Part shown: one piece after another, positions 18,091 through 27,531 of the stretch
How positions within the stretch are numbered: the stretch's first letter is position 1
Layout: every line of letters begins with the position of its first letter
Assembly (NCBI GenBank): GCA_023247255.1
Contig: JAHFGV010000001.1
Span: forward strand, 22,464 to 86,463
DNA from: Candidatus Omnitrophota bacterium
Lineage (GTDB): Bacteria; Omnitrophota; Gorgyraeia; Aquiviventales; Aquiviventaceae
DNA length: 64,000 nucleotides
Direction: 5' to 3'
Made by a program: the position numbers and the translations under genes
Notes under the pieces: model-generated
The model's database searches: none
What the model saw: only the letters and a program-made list of their open reading frames with translations
Told to the model about the DNA's origin: nothing

Positions 18091-18789
18091 TTATGAGATC
18101 TTCGCTTCAGCGAGCAAGTAACGGGGAATCGTGATGGAATCCACCTGCAACTTTCCCGTGTGTGCTGGCCCTTGTTGGATCAGGCAGCCTTTTTTAGGTA
18201 AACCAAAGGTAACGGTCAGATTCGCGTTGACCGCGCATCCCTGCGGGAGGCCTGTGTCTGCGTTGAGTCCGGATGGGATGTCTACCGCGACGATAGGTTT
18301 GCCTGAACGGTTCATCCGATGGATGAGACTGGTGATGGGTTCCCGGACGTTTCCCCGGACACCAATGCCCAACAAGGCGTCGACGATAAGACTGCAGGTG
18401 TTCCAGACATCTTCCAGGTTGCTGAGAGCCTCAAGGGAGGGACATTCCAGAAGCGATAGGCCGAGCTGTCTAAGAATGTAGGCGTATATAGCAGGCTCCT
18501 CTCGCAATTGCCCGATCTTTCCAAGGATAGCGATTCGTAAATCATATCCCCAATTATGCAGATGACGCGCTGCAGCTAAGCCGTCCCCTCCGTTATATCC
18601 TGTCCCGCAACAGATGAAAAGGGACTGGTCAGATACGGACGGATCTTCAGAACGTGGGGATAAATCGACAACAGCCTTGGCGATCGCTAAGCCCGCATGC
18701 TCCATCAGCAAAAGTCGAGGAATACCTAGATTTTCGATAGCCGCCTGGTCGATCTTTTGCATCTGCTCGACTGAGATGGCTGCTACCAT
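18091..18789 (-). CDS. nnrE: NAD(P)H-hydrate epimerase (YjeF N-terminal domain, stand-alone)
   Basis: LMEHAG, CGTGYNGGDG, IVDALLGIG, AVDIPSG, TVTF. Confidence 0.9.
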   Translation of the reverse strand: MVAAISVEQMQKIDQAAIENLGIPRLLLMEHAGLAIAKAVVDLSPRSEDPSVSDQSLFICCGTGYNGGDGLAAARHLHNWGYDLRIAILGKIGQLREEPAIYAYILRQLGLSLLECPSLEALSNLEDVWNTCSLIVDALLGIGVRGNVREPITSLIHRMNRSGKPIVAVDIPSGLNADTGLPQGCAVNANLTVTFGLPKKGCLIQQGPAHTGKLQVDSITIPRYLLAEAKIS

Positions 18790-18920
18790 CGTTAGACGAC
18801 GGATTTCGAAACGTCAATGAGTTTGGAGGAAAAGGGAAAGGTTGTGATCGGCTCTAGCAGGCTGCGGGAAAATACCCATTTGCTTAAAGCTCGTGATACG
18901 GGAAGCGGGGCAAGTTTTTA

Positions 18921-19031
18921 ATTTCGGATTTGGGATTGCGAATTGTGGATTGGAAAGAAATCAAAAATCCGAAATCCACAATCGAAAATCGACAATTCCA
19001 AATGCCCCCTGTCTCATGCCCCTTGCCCCAC
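18921..19031. repeat. Inverted heptamer repeat cluster
   Basis: (GGATTTG/GATTGCG)n followed by (AATCCGA/AATCGAA)n, then TGCCCC-type units. Confidence 0.75.
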
Positions 19032-19074
19032 ACTAACGCCCAGAGTCGATTTGAATGGAGCACTGGTACGGCCA

Positions 19075-19320
19075 CTACTTCGAAGGACTTGCAAGTGCCG
19101 TGGCTGATGCTGCAGCAGTGTCCTCAGGTTTTTTTTCCTGAGTGATTGCTTTCCTTGATTTGATCTTGGCCTGCTTAATCTTGGGAAGGCCGAACATCGA
19201 ACGGCCTTCCGTCCAGTGGCCCTGGGACATCAGGTGACGCACGCGTTCATGTCGTTTTATGACATTCCGCCGTAAGCCGGCCGTGCCTTTCTTAGATCGT
19301 AATGAAGAATGGATCGACAT
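19075..19320 (-). CDS. PVC superphylum small basic protein (TIGR04137-like)
   Basis: MSIHSSL...RNVIKRHERV...W...GLPKIK pattern. Confidence 0.85.
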   Translation of the reverse strand: MSIHSSLRSKKGTAGLRRNVIKRHERVRHLMSQGHWTEGRSMFGLPKIKQAKIKSRKAITQEKKPEDTAAASATALASPSK

Positions 19321-19327
19321 GGAAACC

Positions 19328-20152
19328 TCACAAGGTTTTCACAAAACAGTCTTGATAACGCGTTCTCAGCTCCACTTGCTTCTGGTGAGCGTTCGCCTTT
19401 GACGGGAATGGCCCCACGTACAATACGCTATGTCCGTTTCGTGTCATTAGAAATGCAGGTTCTCCTTGGGTCTTGAGCCGGTTGAGTTCTCGGGTGGCCA
19501 TCTGGGGCTTAGTGTAGGTCACCACTTGAACGGCATACCGACGTTTCTGGTCGTTTATATTGATCGTCTTGTTCGGGATTTCTGTTTGAAAAGTCGTAGG
19601 GGCCTTGGACGGTATCGTTAGGGGTGATGGATGATCGTTTTTCTGTACCGGTAATTGTGTTTTAAACGGCTGCGCCGGTGAGCAAGTTTCGGAAGCTTCA
19701 TCCGAAGGTTGCTGGCGAGTCAACCCCGCCATTGCGCCATGGCCGAAAACCGTAGGCGAGGCAGAGTTGTCGGTGCCACGGGCTAATCCTGTGGGGCTCC
19801 TCCCCGCCATCGGGCCCACGGCCGAAGGCATGGGCCCAGTTGGTTTGCTTAAGCAATTGGGTGGGCGGGATGTCGCCCCACACGAGGCGTCTCCTTGAAT
19901 ATCACGGGCTAATCCTGTGGGGCTCCACAATATTCGTTCCGTTCTTACCAGTTGTTTTCCCCGCTCTACCCCACAGGCAAAGACTACGGTAAACCCCAAG
20001 ACTGTTGCTATGGCAGCCATAATCAGTTGATCCGATCGCAGCTCAAAAGCAATCCTCCCCAATCTGTGTTTGCGCCCATAACCACCTGGCGTGGTCTGCG
20101 ATAGCTCAAAAAATTCCAATTGTCCTTCAGAATCGGTGGGTTGCATCTTCAC
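19328..20152 (-). CDS. SPOR-domain membrane protein with ~70-aa repeat-derived insert
   Basis: TM segment followed by GVERGK; C-terminal YAVQVVTY...LYVGPF...YQDCFVK. Confidence 0.82.
   Translation of the reverse strand: MKMQPTDSEGQLEFFELSQTTPGGYGRKHRLGRIAFELRSDQLIMAAIATVLGFTVVFACGVERGKQLVRTERILWSPTGLARDIQGDASCGATSRPPNCLSKPTGPMPSAVGPMAGRSPTGLARGTDNSASPTVFGHGAMAGLTRQQPSDEASETCSPAQPFKTQLPVQKNDHPSPLTIPSKAPTTFQTEIPNKTININDQKRRYAVQVVTYTKPQMATRELNRLKTQGEPAFLMTRNGHSVLYVGPFPSKANAHQKQVELRTRYQDCFVKTL
19720..19930 (+). repeat. Modular palindromic repeat, dimeric copy 5 (in-frame in SPOR gene)
   Basis: 24-bp cacgggctaatcctgtggggctcc at 19777 and 19903 (126-bp period); shares all modules with 34269..34528. 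Confidence 0.92.
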
Positions 20153-20204
20153 TCTAAATACTCTTAGGAGTCGACGGACATTGTATGTAATTCAAACCCT
20201 CCCG

Positions 20205-20846
20205 TCAACCCTCAAACAACTCCGAGGGCTCTTTATGTCTTTGCAGTCTTTGTACACGATGCTCCTGACCTTTGAGGAGTCTGGCGATATTGGATCGGTG
20301 CCGGATGATCATTAAGAGAGTCAAACCCGATCCTGCAACCCATTCCGCCCAGCTTCGATGGAGAAGCATAAGACCGATCGGAATCACCAAGGATGCGGCT
20401 AAGGAACCTACCGAGACGTATCGCCAGATCAAAAAGCAGATTAACCACACCCCGATGGATATTACGGCAATCGACGGCCAACTGGCCAACAGAACACCGA
20501 TTGTGGTGGCGACTCCTTTACCTCCCGCAAATCGTAACCACACCGGAAAATCGTGTCCCATCACCGTTGCCAAGCCACATAGAACAGGAGATAACGTTTC
20601 TGACGGATCCCAAAACCATGGAGCGATGAGCGCGACGGCGAGAAATCCTTTAGCCACATCGACGATAAACACAAACAAGGCAGCCCAGGGACCTGCGGCC
20701 CGCGCCGTATTCGTCGCGCCGATATTTCCGCTTCCCACCGTGCGAATATCCGTATGTTTGAGGCATTTAACGACCCAGAATCCCGTGGGGATCGATCCGA
20801 TTAAATAACAAATGCCCAAAGCCAAGATCCATCGGAAGGTTTCCAT
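20205..20846 (-). CDS. plsY: Glycerol-3-phosphate acyltransferase
   Basis: GSIPTG, GSGNIGATN, DVAKG, GHDFP, GGKGVAT, HRSNIARL. Confidence 0.95.
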   Translation of the reverse strand: METFRWILALGICYLIGSIPTGFWVVKCLKHTDIRTVGSGNIGATNTARAAGPWAALFVFIVDVAKGFLAVALIAPWFWDPSETLSPVLCGLATVMGHDFPVWLRFAGGKGVATTIGVLLASWPSIAVISIGVWLICFLIWRYVSVGSLAASLVIPIGLMLLHRSWAEWVAGSGLTLLMIIRHRSNIARLLKGQEHRVQRLQRHKEPSELFEG

Positions 20847-20859
20847 TTAAGAAACCCCC

Positions 20860-20916
20860 TCTAATGCAAACGAACCTATTCGTGAGACATTCTGAGGAAA
20901 GTCCGTTTGCATTAGA
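20860..20916. repeat. Mini inverted repeat containing the der stop codon
   Basis: tctaatgcaaacgaac-N25-gtccgtttgcattaga. Confidence 0.65.
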
Positions 20917-22453
20917 CGTCGTGTCTCAAGTCTGATTGCGCTTGTATTAATTGGATTGGGATTCCACCCAGTTGCGGGTGTTGATGCAAATGCTTCATCA
21001 AGTACCGTTGATAAGGAATCGGAAGACGAGCTTTTGGATGTGTGACCAGTTCCACACGACAGGGATGTCCGGAATGCCATCGGACATCCGTTAATTGCGG
21101 CGGGCGTCTACCGACGAGCGGAGGGGGATACGAATTCCACTTAGGTCGCAGGATGAAAAGGAGCTCTTTGGATGACAGCCCCTGTTGGATTACCTCTTTC
21201 ATCTGCAGTGCCAAGGGCAGGATGCGTTCCAACTGAAACTTTGTCTTCGCCGATACAGCAAGTACGGGAGCTCGCTGAGCTTCCGGAATCAGTCGGTGCA
21301 TCTGTTTGGCGAGTGAAGATGGCAGGTCGGATCGTGAAGCCCCACGGGATGAGCCTATGGCACCGACAAGTCCGCCCCGATGGGACCGATATCCCGCCCA
21401 CCCATCGTCTTCTGTACTACCGTGTCGCCCACGGCTTTCGGCCGTGGCGCAATGGCGGGGTCGATCATTTCCTCTCGCTGTTCTTGGGGTTGATCGTAAG
21501 TCCCTTTCTTTTGGTCTGTGCATACACAGATCCCACTTATTGAGAAGAAGAATAAATCCACAGCCTGCCAGACGCACTTGGCCGACCACCCGACGATCAT
21601 CGCGCGTCACACCCGCAGGAGCATCCAACACGACTAACGCGATGTCGCATTGTTTCAAAGCAGTCAGGGAGTGTGCCATCGAAAACAGATCGACAGGATG
21701 CTTGATTTTACTGCGATGTCTGAGTCCCGCGGTATCAGTCAGCGTGATTGGTTTCTTTCGGACACACAACTGTGTCTCAATGGCGTCTCGTGTCGTTCCG
21801 GGAAGATCGCTGATGATGGCCCGTTCCTCATCAAGGAGGGAATTGAGCAATGACGATTTGCCGACGTTTCGACGCCCGATGAGTACCATGCGACAACCGG
21901 CAGTCCCTTCTATGGAGGAAGCTGGCTTAAGAAGCACTGGGTTAGCCGAGGGGTGTTGAATGAGATCGTCCAATAGTTCTTCAATCCCTCCTGCGTGCAA
22001 GGCGGAAACGGGAAAAATAGAGCTCAGCCCCAGAGAAAAGAATTCCGGTGGAACCGTAAGGTTGTGATCTTGCTTGTTGATGAGACCCCAGATCGGTTTG
22101 CCCAGCCTTCTGAGATTTTCAACGATCATAATGTCTGAAGGGACCAACCCTTCTTGTCCATCACAAACAAAAAGGATCGCTTGCGCTTCTTGAATCGCTT
22201 TTTGAACCTGCCGCTGAATAGCTGGCCAAAGGGAATCGCCCGCGGGTGCCGCCAACTCCAATCCCCCTGTGTCGATGAGCCTAAAGGAGAAACCCCGCCA
22301 AGTTGCCTCGCCATAGAGTCTATCCCGGCTGGTCCCTCGCACAGGTGAAACGACGGCTTGGCGAGCGCCAATGATTCGATTAAAGAGAGTGGATTTTCCA
22401 ACGTTGGGGCGACCTACGATTGCAATCAGAGGAACCGCCGGTCGCTGAGTCAT
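20912..22453 (-). CDS. der: Ribosome biogenesis double GTPase Der/EngA with large insert in GD2
   Basis: GRPNVGKS/DTGG/NKQD and GRRNVGKS/DTAG/NKWD; KH-like C-terminus. Confidence 0.92.
   Translation of the reverse strand: MTQRPAVPLIAIVGRPNVGKSTLFNRIIGARQAVVSPVRGTSRDRLYGEATWRGFSFRLIDTGGLELAAPAGDSLWPAIQRQVQKAIQEAQAILFVCDGQEGLVPSDIMIVENLRRLGKPIWGLINKQDHNLTVPPEFFSLGLSSIFPVSALHAGGIEELLDDLIQHPSANPVLLKPASSIEGTAGCRMVLIGRRNVGKSSLLNSLLDEERAIISDLPGTTRDAIETQLCVRKKPITLTDTAGLRHRSKIKHPVDLFSMAHSLTALKQCDIALVVLDAPAGVTRDDRRVVGQVRLAGCGFILLLNKWDLCMHRPKERDLRSTPRTARGNDRPRHCATAESRGRHGSTEDDGWAGYRSHRGGLVGAIGSSRGASRSDLPSSLAKQMHRLIPEAQRAPVLAVSAKTKFQLERILPLALQMKEVIQQGLSSKELLFILRPKWNSYPPPLVGRRPPQLTDVRWHSGHPCRVELVTHPKARLPIPYQRYLMKHLHQHPQLGGIPIQLIQAQSDLRHDV
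21334..21465 (-). repeat. Modular palindromic repeat, copy 6 (in-frame in der, opposite orientation)
   Basis: gccccacgggatgagcctatggcaccg...gatatcccgcccacc...ctaccgtgtc...ttcggccgtggcgcaatggcggggtcga; 132 bp. Confidence 0.9.
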
Positions 22454-22478
22454 CGTTGAGAGGGTATTTCCATGGTCG

Positions 22479-23024
22479 TCATCCGAGCAGACGAATGCCC
22501 TGACGAATGTAACCGATGCCGGAAAGAACAGTCAGGCACGTGGCCAATCCGATTATAGGTGACTTAACCGGTAGCCCCAGAAGCAAGGTCGGGATCACTG
22601 ACATTTGGGCAACCGTTGTGCACTTGCCGAGCCAATTGGGTTGTATCCCACTCCAACGTCCCTGGACAAAGAAGAGTATGATTGAGCCGGCAATGAGTAT
22701 GGCGTCTCGGCTGATCACAACCAGGTTGAACCACGCAGGCAGACGCATCCATGGAGGAAGACCATGAATGACTGAGCAACTGATCAGGGTGGACAAAATC
22801 AGCAATTTATCCGCGATGGGATCAAGGAGAGCACCTAATTGCGATTGTTGGTGCTGAGAGCGAGCGAGCAGTCCGTCCAGGGCATCCGAAACCATAGCCA
22901 CGGTAAAAAGGCCTAACGCAACGTACCGGAGTCCATCGCGTTCGGGATGATAATATACCAGGCACGCAATGATTCCAGGAACCAGTAGAATTCTAAATAG
23001 CGATAGTTGATTAGCCAAATTCAT
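22479..23024 (-). CDS. pgsA: CDP-alcohol phosphatidyltransferase (PgsA-like)
   Basis: MNLANQLSLFRI, SDALDGLLAR...GALLDPIADK. Confidence 0.88.
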   Translation of the reverse strand: MNLANQLSLFRILLVPGIIACLVYYHPERDGLRYVALGLFTVAMVSDALDGLLARSQHQQSQLGALLDPIADKLLILSTLISCSVIHGLPPWMRLPAWFNLVVISRDAILIAGSIILFFVQGRWSGIQPNWLGKCTTVAQMSVIPTLLLGLPVKSPIIGLATCLTVLSGIGYIRQGIRLLG

Positions 23025-23047
23025 CGAAATGTAAAGCCCTATCCCCC

Positions 23048-23074
23048 TTCGGCCGTGGCCCTATGACGGGGTAG
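23048..23074 (-). repeat. Modular palindromic repeat, short copy 7
   Basis: ttcggccgtggccctatgacggggtaga matches the left end in reverse. Confidence 0.6.
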
Positions 23075-23077
23075 AAG

Positions 23078-23110
23078 AAAACCCCACCCGCATTAACGGG
23101 TGGGGTTTTT
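23078..23110. terminator. Bidirectional-type intrinsic terminator
   Basis: aaaaccccacccg-cattaa-cgggtggggttttt. Confidence 0.8.
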
Positions 23111-23156
23111 CATGCAAGCGCAATGTATCCGTCTGCGTGGATCTTCTGTTATCTGC

Positions 23157-23531
23157 TTATTCCTTGACTCGCAGCTCAACACCGTGGTTGGGACAATATT
23201 TTACATTTTCCGAATAGGTTTCCCCACCCACCGGGCAAAATCTTGTCAGACCCGTCACTGTGGTAGTTGCGGCACCCGAAGAATTTCGGCTTTGTTCCTC
23301 CATGGCATTTCCAAGCAGCCCTCCTCCTAGGGCCCCTAAGCCAGCACCGATGGCAGCTCCTTCTCCAGCATGACCCGACTGATTTCCAATGATAGCTCCC
23401 GCCGCTGCCCCCAAACCAGAACCCAACAGTCCTCCTTGAACCTTCTTGGATTGTGCCGCCGTTCCAATTCCCTCACAACCCAGGGCGGCCAAACTGGCTA
23501 CAGTAATAACAATGACACTTACCCGTTTCAT
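23157..23531 (-). CDS. Glycine-zipper lipoprotein with C-terminal zinc-ribbon-like motif
   Basis: Lipobox ALGC, GAAAGAIIG repeats, CPVGG...YCPNHG. Confidence 0.8.
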   Translation of the reverse strand: MKRVSVIVITVASLAALGCEGIGTAAQSKKVQGGLLGSGLGAAAGAIIGNQSGHAGEGAAIGAGLGALGGGLLGNAMEEQSRNSSGAATTTVTGLTRFCPVGGETYSENVKYCPNHGVELRVKE

Positions 23532-23633
23532 TCTTTTCCACCTCCTTGTTAGTTTCTTTTTTTAAGGATGACGAACAAATTCATCTTAATTCTAGCACGT
23601 TAGATGTCAAAAGGCAACGGGACCGCAGTGCCG

Positions 23634-24251
23634 TTACCGTAGAGCCCGCAAGCGATTGAGAGGCCAGAAAATACATACGGCCCGTCCGATCAAAAAACGC
23701 GCAGGCACGAAACCCCAGAACCGACTATCATGAGAAGACCTTGAGTTGTCGCCGAGTACATAGAAGTGGTTCGGGGGCACTTGAATCACCTGGCGGGTTT
23801 TGCCATACAAGCCGTCGTTGACATAATGGATGCTTTGAAAGACTTCTGCTTCCTTGAGGACTTGCCCGTTTACAAGAATCTGTCCCTCTCGAATCTCAAC
23901 GGTGTCCCCGCCTAATGCGACCAGGCGTTTGATGAAAGGGCGCTTGGGATCCTCCGGATAGCGGAACACGACGATTTCCCCACGTCGAGGGGGCCGAAAG
24001 TGGTATAAGAACTTGCTAACCAGAATTCGGTCCCCTTCAATGAGCGTTGGGTGCATCGATCCGGAAGGAATCTTAAAGGGAGCAATGATAAAAGTGCGGA
24101 TTAACAGAGCTAGGGCGACGGCCCATAGGAAGGATTCAATGTTCTCTCGCCAAACGGAAGCCCGCTGTTGCGAGCGCTGAGCATCGGAGGCTTGCTCGGA
24201 TGTTCGCAAGGAAGGAGGTTTCGGGAAGTAGGAAAACCGTCTGAGGTTCAT
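23634..24251 (-). CDS. lepB: Signal peptidase I
   Basis: IPSGSMHPTL, FIKRLV, GDNSRSSHDSRFWG; ATGA overlap with lepA stop. Confidence 0.95.
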   Translation of the reverse strand: MNLRRFSYFPKPPSLRTSEQASDAQRSQQRASVWRENIESFLWAVALALLIRTFIIAPFKIPSGSMHPTLIEGDRILVSKFLYHFRPPRRGEIVVFRYPEDPKRPFIKRLVALGGDTVEIREGQILVNGQVLKEAEVFQSIHYVNDGLYGKTRQVIQVPPNHFYVLGDNSRSSHDSRFWGFVPARFLIGRAVCIFWPLNRLRALR

Positions 24252-26053
24252 GAGCGTGGAGACATCTTCAATACTGCCAAGAACGCTTCCTGAGGAATGT
24301 CGATCCCTCCAAACTGTTTCATGCGTTTTTTTCCTTCCTTCTGACGTTCCCAAAGCTTGCGTTTGCGGGTGATATCACCCCCGTAACATTTCGCCGTCAC
24401 ATTCTTAGCAAGGGGACGGACGCTTTGGCGTGCGATGATGTGAGAGCCGATAGCAGCCTGAATCGCTACTTCGAAAAGCTGACGGGGGATCAAATCCTTC
24501 AGGCGCTCCACCAGTTCCTTGCCCTTTTCGTACGCTTGGGCCTTGGCGACAATTGAAGAAAGCGGCTCGCACACCCGGCCATTCAGGAGGATATCGAGCC
24601 GGATCAAGTTCGCCACCCGATAGCCGATCAGTTCGTAATCAAAGGACCCATATCCCCGAGTCAGGGATTTGAGCCGATCGTAGAAATCGACGAGGATCTC
24701 GCTCAAAGGAAGTTCATAGATCAGCTTGACGCGCGTTTCACTCAGATATTCTGTGAAACAGTATACCCCTCGATTTTGAATCGCCAAATCCATCAAGGCT
24801 CCTACGGTTTCAGCGGGACAAAGGATGACGGCTTTGACGAAAGGCTCGGCGACCGATGCGATCGTCGCTAGATCGGGCAGATCCGTCGGGCGATGCACTT
24901 CAATGACTTTTCCCCCGTGCAGGGTGACTTGGAACACGACACTGGGAGTGGTGAGAACCAAATCCACTCCGTGCTCCCGCTCCAGGCGCTCCTGGACAAT
25001 CTCCATATGGAGGAGCCCCAGAAAGCCGCATCGGAATCCCTGCCCCAGGGCGTCCGACTGTTCGGGTTCGAATTGAAAAGCCGAATCGGTAAGGACGAAT
25101 TTTTCCATGGCGGTGCGCAAGGTGGTGAGATCTTGGGTCTTGGAAGGATAGATACCGGCAAAAACCATGGGTTTAAGCTTGCGAAATCCTGGAAGCTGTT
25201 TTGCTGTAGGACGCGCAGATTCAGTCACGGTATCTCCTACCCACACGTCATGAGGATTGCGAATGTTAGCGGTGAAATATCCCACCTCACCGGTGTGGAG
25301 CTCCTTCACCGGTTCCGGTTTAGGCGAGAGGATACCAACTTCCTGAACGGAGAATTGAAGGTGATTTCCTAGAAATCGGATCCCCAGGCCAGGGCGGATG
25401 GCTCCGTCAAAGATGCGGATGAAAACCACGACGCCCTTATAGGAGTCGTAGGTCGAATCGAAAATCAGGGCGGATAGACTCTCGGCAGGATTGCCTTTCG
25501 GGGGAGGCACTTCATTGACGATCCGCTCCAGAAGTTCAGGCACCCCACGGCCTTCCTTGGCGCTGACTTTGCTGATAGTGACTTCGCTGTCCTGCAGTAA
25601 ATGGTTGATTTCTTTTGTCACGCGCTCCAACTGGGCGTTGAAAAGATCGATCTTGTTGATTACGGGCAGGATTGCCAGTCCCCGTTCCCGGGCCAGCATG
25701 AAGTTCGCCACCGTCTGCGCTTCCACGCCCTGAACCGCATCGACGACTAAAAGGGTGCCTTCACAAGCCTGAAGGCTCTTGGTGACTTCAAAAGAAAAAT
25801 CGACATGACCGGGCGTGTCGATGAGATTCAGCACGTACTGCCGATTATCCGACGCACGGTAGTGCAGCCGGACACAGGAGGCCTTAATCGTGATGCCGCG
25901 CTCCCGTTCCAATTCCATGTCATCCAGGAGTTGTTCTCGGAACTTTCGCTGCTCCACCGCTCCTGTCAGTTGCAGGAGGCGGTCGGCAAGAGTGGACTTT
26001 CCGTGGTCGATGTGCGCCACGATTGAGAAGTTTCGAATCCGTGCGAGATCCAT
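24248..26053 (-). CDS. lepA: Translation factor LepA (EF-4)
   Basis: IRNFSIVAHIDHGKSTLADR, DTPGHVDF, KCYGGDITRKRKL. Confidence 0.98.
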   Translation of the reverse strand: MDLARIRNFSIVAHIDHGKSTLADRLLQLTGAVEQRKFREQLLDDMELERERGITIKASCVRLHYRASDNRQYVLNLIDTPGHVDFSFEVTKSLQACEGTLLVVDAVQGVEAQTVANFMLARERGLAILPVINKIDLFNAQLERVTKEINHLLQDSEVTISKVSAKEGRGVPELLERIVNEVPPPKGNPAESLSALIFDSTYDSYKGVVVFIRIFDGAIRPGLGIRFLGNHLQFSVQEVGILSPKPEPVKELHTGEVGYFTANIRNPHDVWVGDTVTESARPTAKQLPGFRKLKPMVFAGIYPSKTQDLTTLRTAMEKFVLTDSAFQFEPEQSDALGQGFRCGFLGLLHMEIVQERLEREHGVDLVLTTPSVVFQVTLHGGKVIEVHRPTDLPDLATIASVAEPFVKAVILCPAETVGALMDLAIQNRGVYCFTEYLSETRVKLIYELPLSEILVDFYDRLKSLTRGYGSFDYELIGYRVANLIRLDILLNGRVCEPLSSIVAKAQAYEKGKELVERLKDLIPRQLFEVAIQAAIGSHIIARQSVRPLAKNVTAKCYGGDITRKRKLWERQKEGKKRMKQFGGIDIPQEAFLAVLKMSPRS

Positions 26054-26082
26054 CGTATTCGCGTATCCGCTGGCGATAGTCG

Positions 26083-27531
26083 TTAGGATCGGGTAGCAAG
26101 TGTGATGCCAGACCCAAGGAGTGCAGGCAATGTACGTGGGGACGGAGTTTCCGCGTAAATCCGTACGATTGGCTCTGTTCCCGAACGTCGAAACAAAAGC
26201 CAGCTTTCATCACGGCCGATGAGTTTGATACCATCCAGGGTGTTGATCTGCGCGACAGGAATGATCCCTAGCTTTTCAGGTGGATGAGACTGGAGTCTCT
26301 TGAAGAGCCGCTCGACCTGTGACGGCTGAAGGTGAAGGTCGAAACGGCCGTATGCCCAACGTCCATAGGCGCGTTCCAGCTCCCGCAAGATTTCCAACAA
26401 GCTTTTGCGTCGCATGGCCAGGACTTCCAGAAGCAGCAGCCCATTAACGATTCCATCACGCTCCGGAAGGTAATCGGTGATGCCGATGCCTCCCGATTCC
26501 TCTCCCCCCATGAGCACCTTATCTTCCATCATGAGCTTGGCAATATGTTTAAATCCAACCGGCACCTCGATCAGGCGCAAGCCAAGGGCTTTCGTCATCC
26601 GGTTGATCATCATGGTGTTGGACACCGTCTTGACGACGGCTCCCTGGACGTGTCGCGTCCTCACCCAATGGTCGAGTAGAACACAGAGGGCTTGTCCCGG
26701 ATTGAGCCAGGCACCGTCGGGGGCGATGATACCCAGGCGATCCGCGTCTCCATCGTTGGCAATGCCAACAGAGGCATGCCTGTGCCGGACTGTTTTGCGA
26801 AGCTCCACCAGATGCGAGGCGATCGGCTCGGGAGCCTGTCCGCCGAACAGAGGATCCGGATCCGCATGCAAGGTTTCAACATGACACTTGCCCCCACGCA
26901 GCAGGCGTTCGATCAGACGACCACCTGTGCCGTACATGGAGTCCACGATTACGTGCAGCCGACAGCGACGGATAGCTGAGAGATCGACGAATGAGCGGAT
27001 ACCCTGAAGGAAGGGTGCGATGAAATCATCGTGCGATATCCGTCGGTCTCTGAGTGCTTCCTCAAAGGGTACGTTCTTGACGGGGTGGCGGCCAAGGAGT
27101 CGTTCTACCGATGCCACCGTCTGCGTTGTCGCGGAGCCTCCGAAAGATTCCTTGATTTTGATCCCATTGTAAATGGGAGGGTTGTGACTTGCGGTAACCA
27201 TGATGCCGGCAAAAAGCCGGCGATCCACGACGTAACGACTAACCGCACAGGTCGGAATCGCACCGTTGCTCAAAATGCATCGGATGTTGTTTGCCGCAAG
27301 CACCTCGCAGACGCTGCGTGCGAAACGGTCGGAGAGAAACCGGGTATCGTATCCGACAGCAATGGTCAGTGGTGAACGTGTTTGAAGGCCTCCTCGAGCC
27401 TGATGCCGCATATGATCGGCGATGGCCTGAGTGACCAACCGTACGTTCTGTGAAGTGAACCCTTCGGCCATAATGCTTCGCCAGCCTTCGGTTCCGAACT
27501 GAATCGACGTCATTTCATCTGCGCCTCTCAC
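26083..27531 (-). CDS. Phosphoglucomutase/phosphomannomutase
   Basis: TASHNP, DGDADR, GEESGG, RRSGTEP. Confidence 0.94.
   Translation of the reverse strand: MRGADEMTSIQFGTEGWRSIMAEGFTSQNVRLVTQAIADHMRHQARGGLQTRSPLTIAVGYDTRFLSDRFARSVCEVLAANNIRCILSNGAIPTCAVSRYVVDRRLFAGIMVTASHNPPIYNGIKIKESFGGSATTQTVASVERLLGRHPVKNVPFEEALRDRRISHDDFIAPFLQGIRSFVDLSAIRRCRLHVIVDSMYGTGGRLIERLLRGGKCHVETLHADPDPLFGGQAPEPIASHLVELRKTVRHRHASVGIANDGDADRLGIIAPDGAWLNPGQALCVLLDHWVRTRHVQGAVVKTVSNTMMINRMTKALGLRLIEVPVGFKHIAKLMMEDKVLMGGEESGGIGITDYLPERDGIVNGLLLLEVLAMRRKSLLEILRELERAYGRWAYGRFDLHLQPSQVERLFKRLQSHPPEKLGIIPVAQINTLDGIKLIGRDESWLLFRRSGTEPIVRIYAETPSPRTLPALLGSGITLATRS

Noticed and set aside
21306-21959. Long plus-strand ORFs (e.g. 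21306..21959, 7906..8559, 30092..30703, 57769..58347)
   Set aside because: Antisense shadows of well-supported minus-strand genes, with no recognisable motifs
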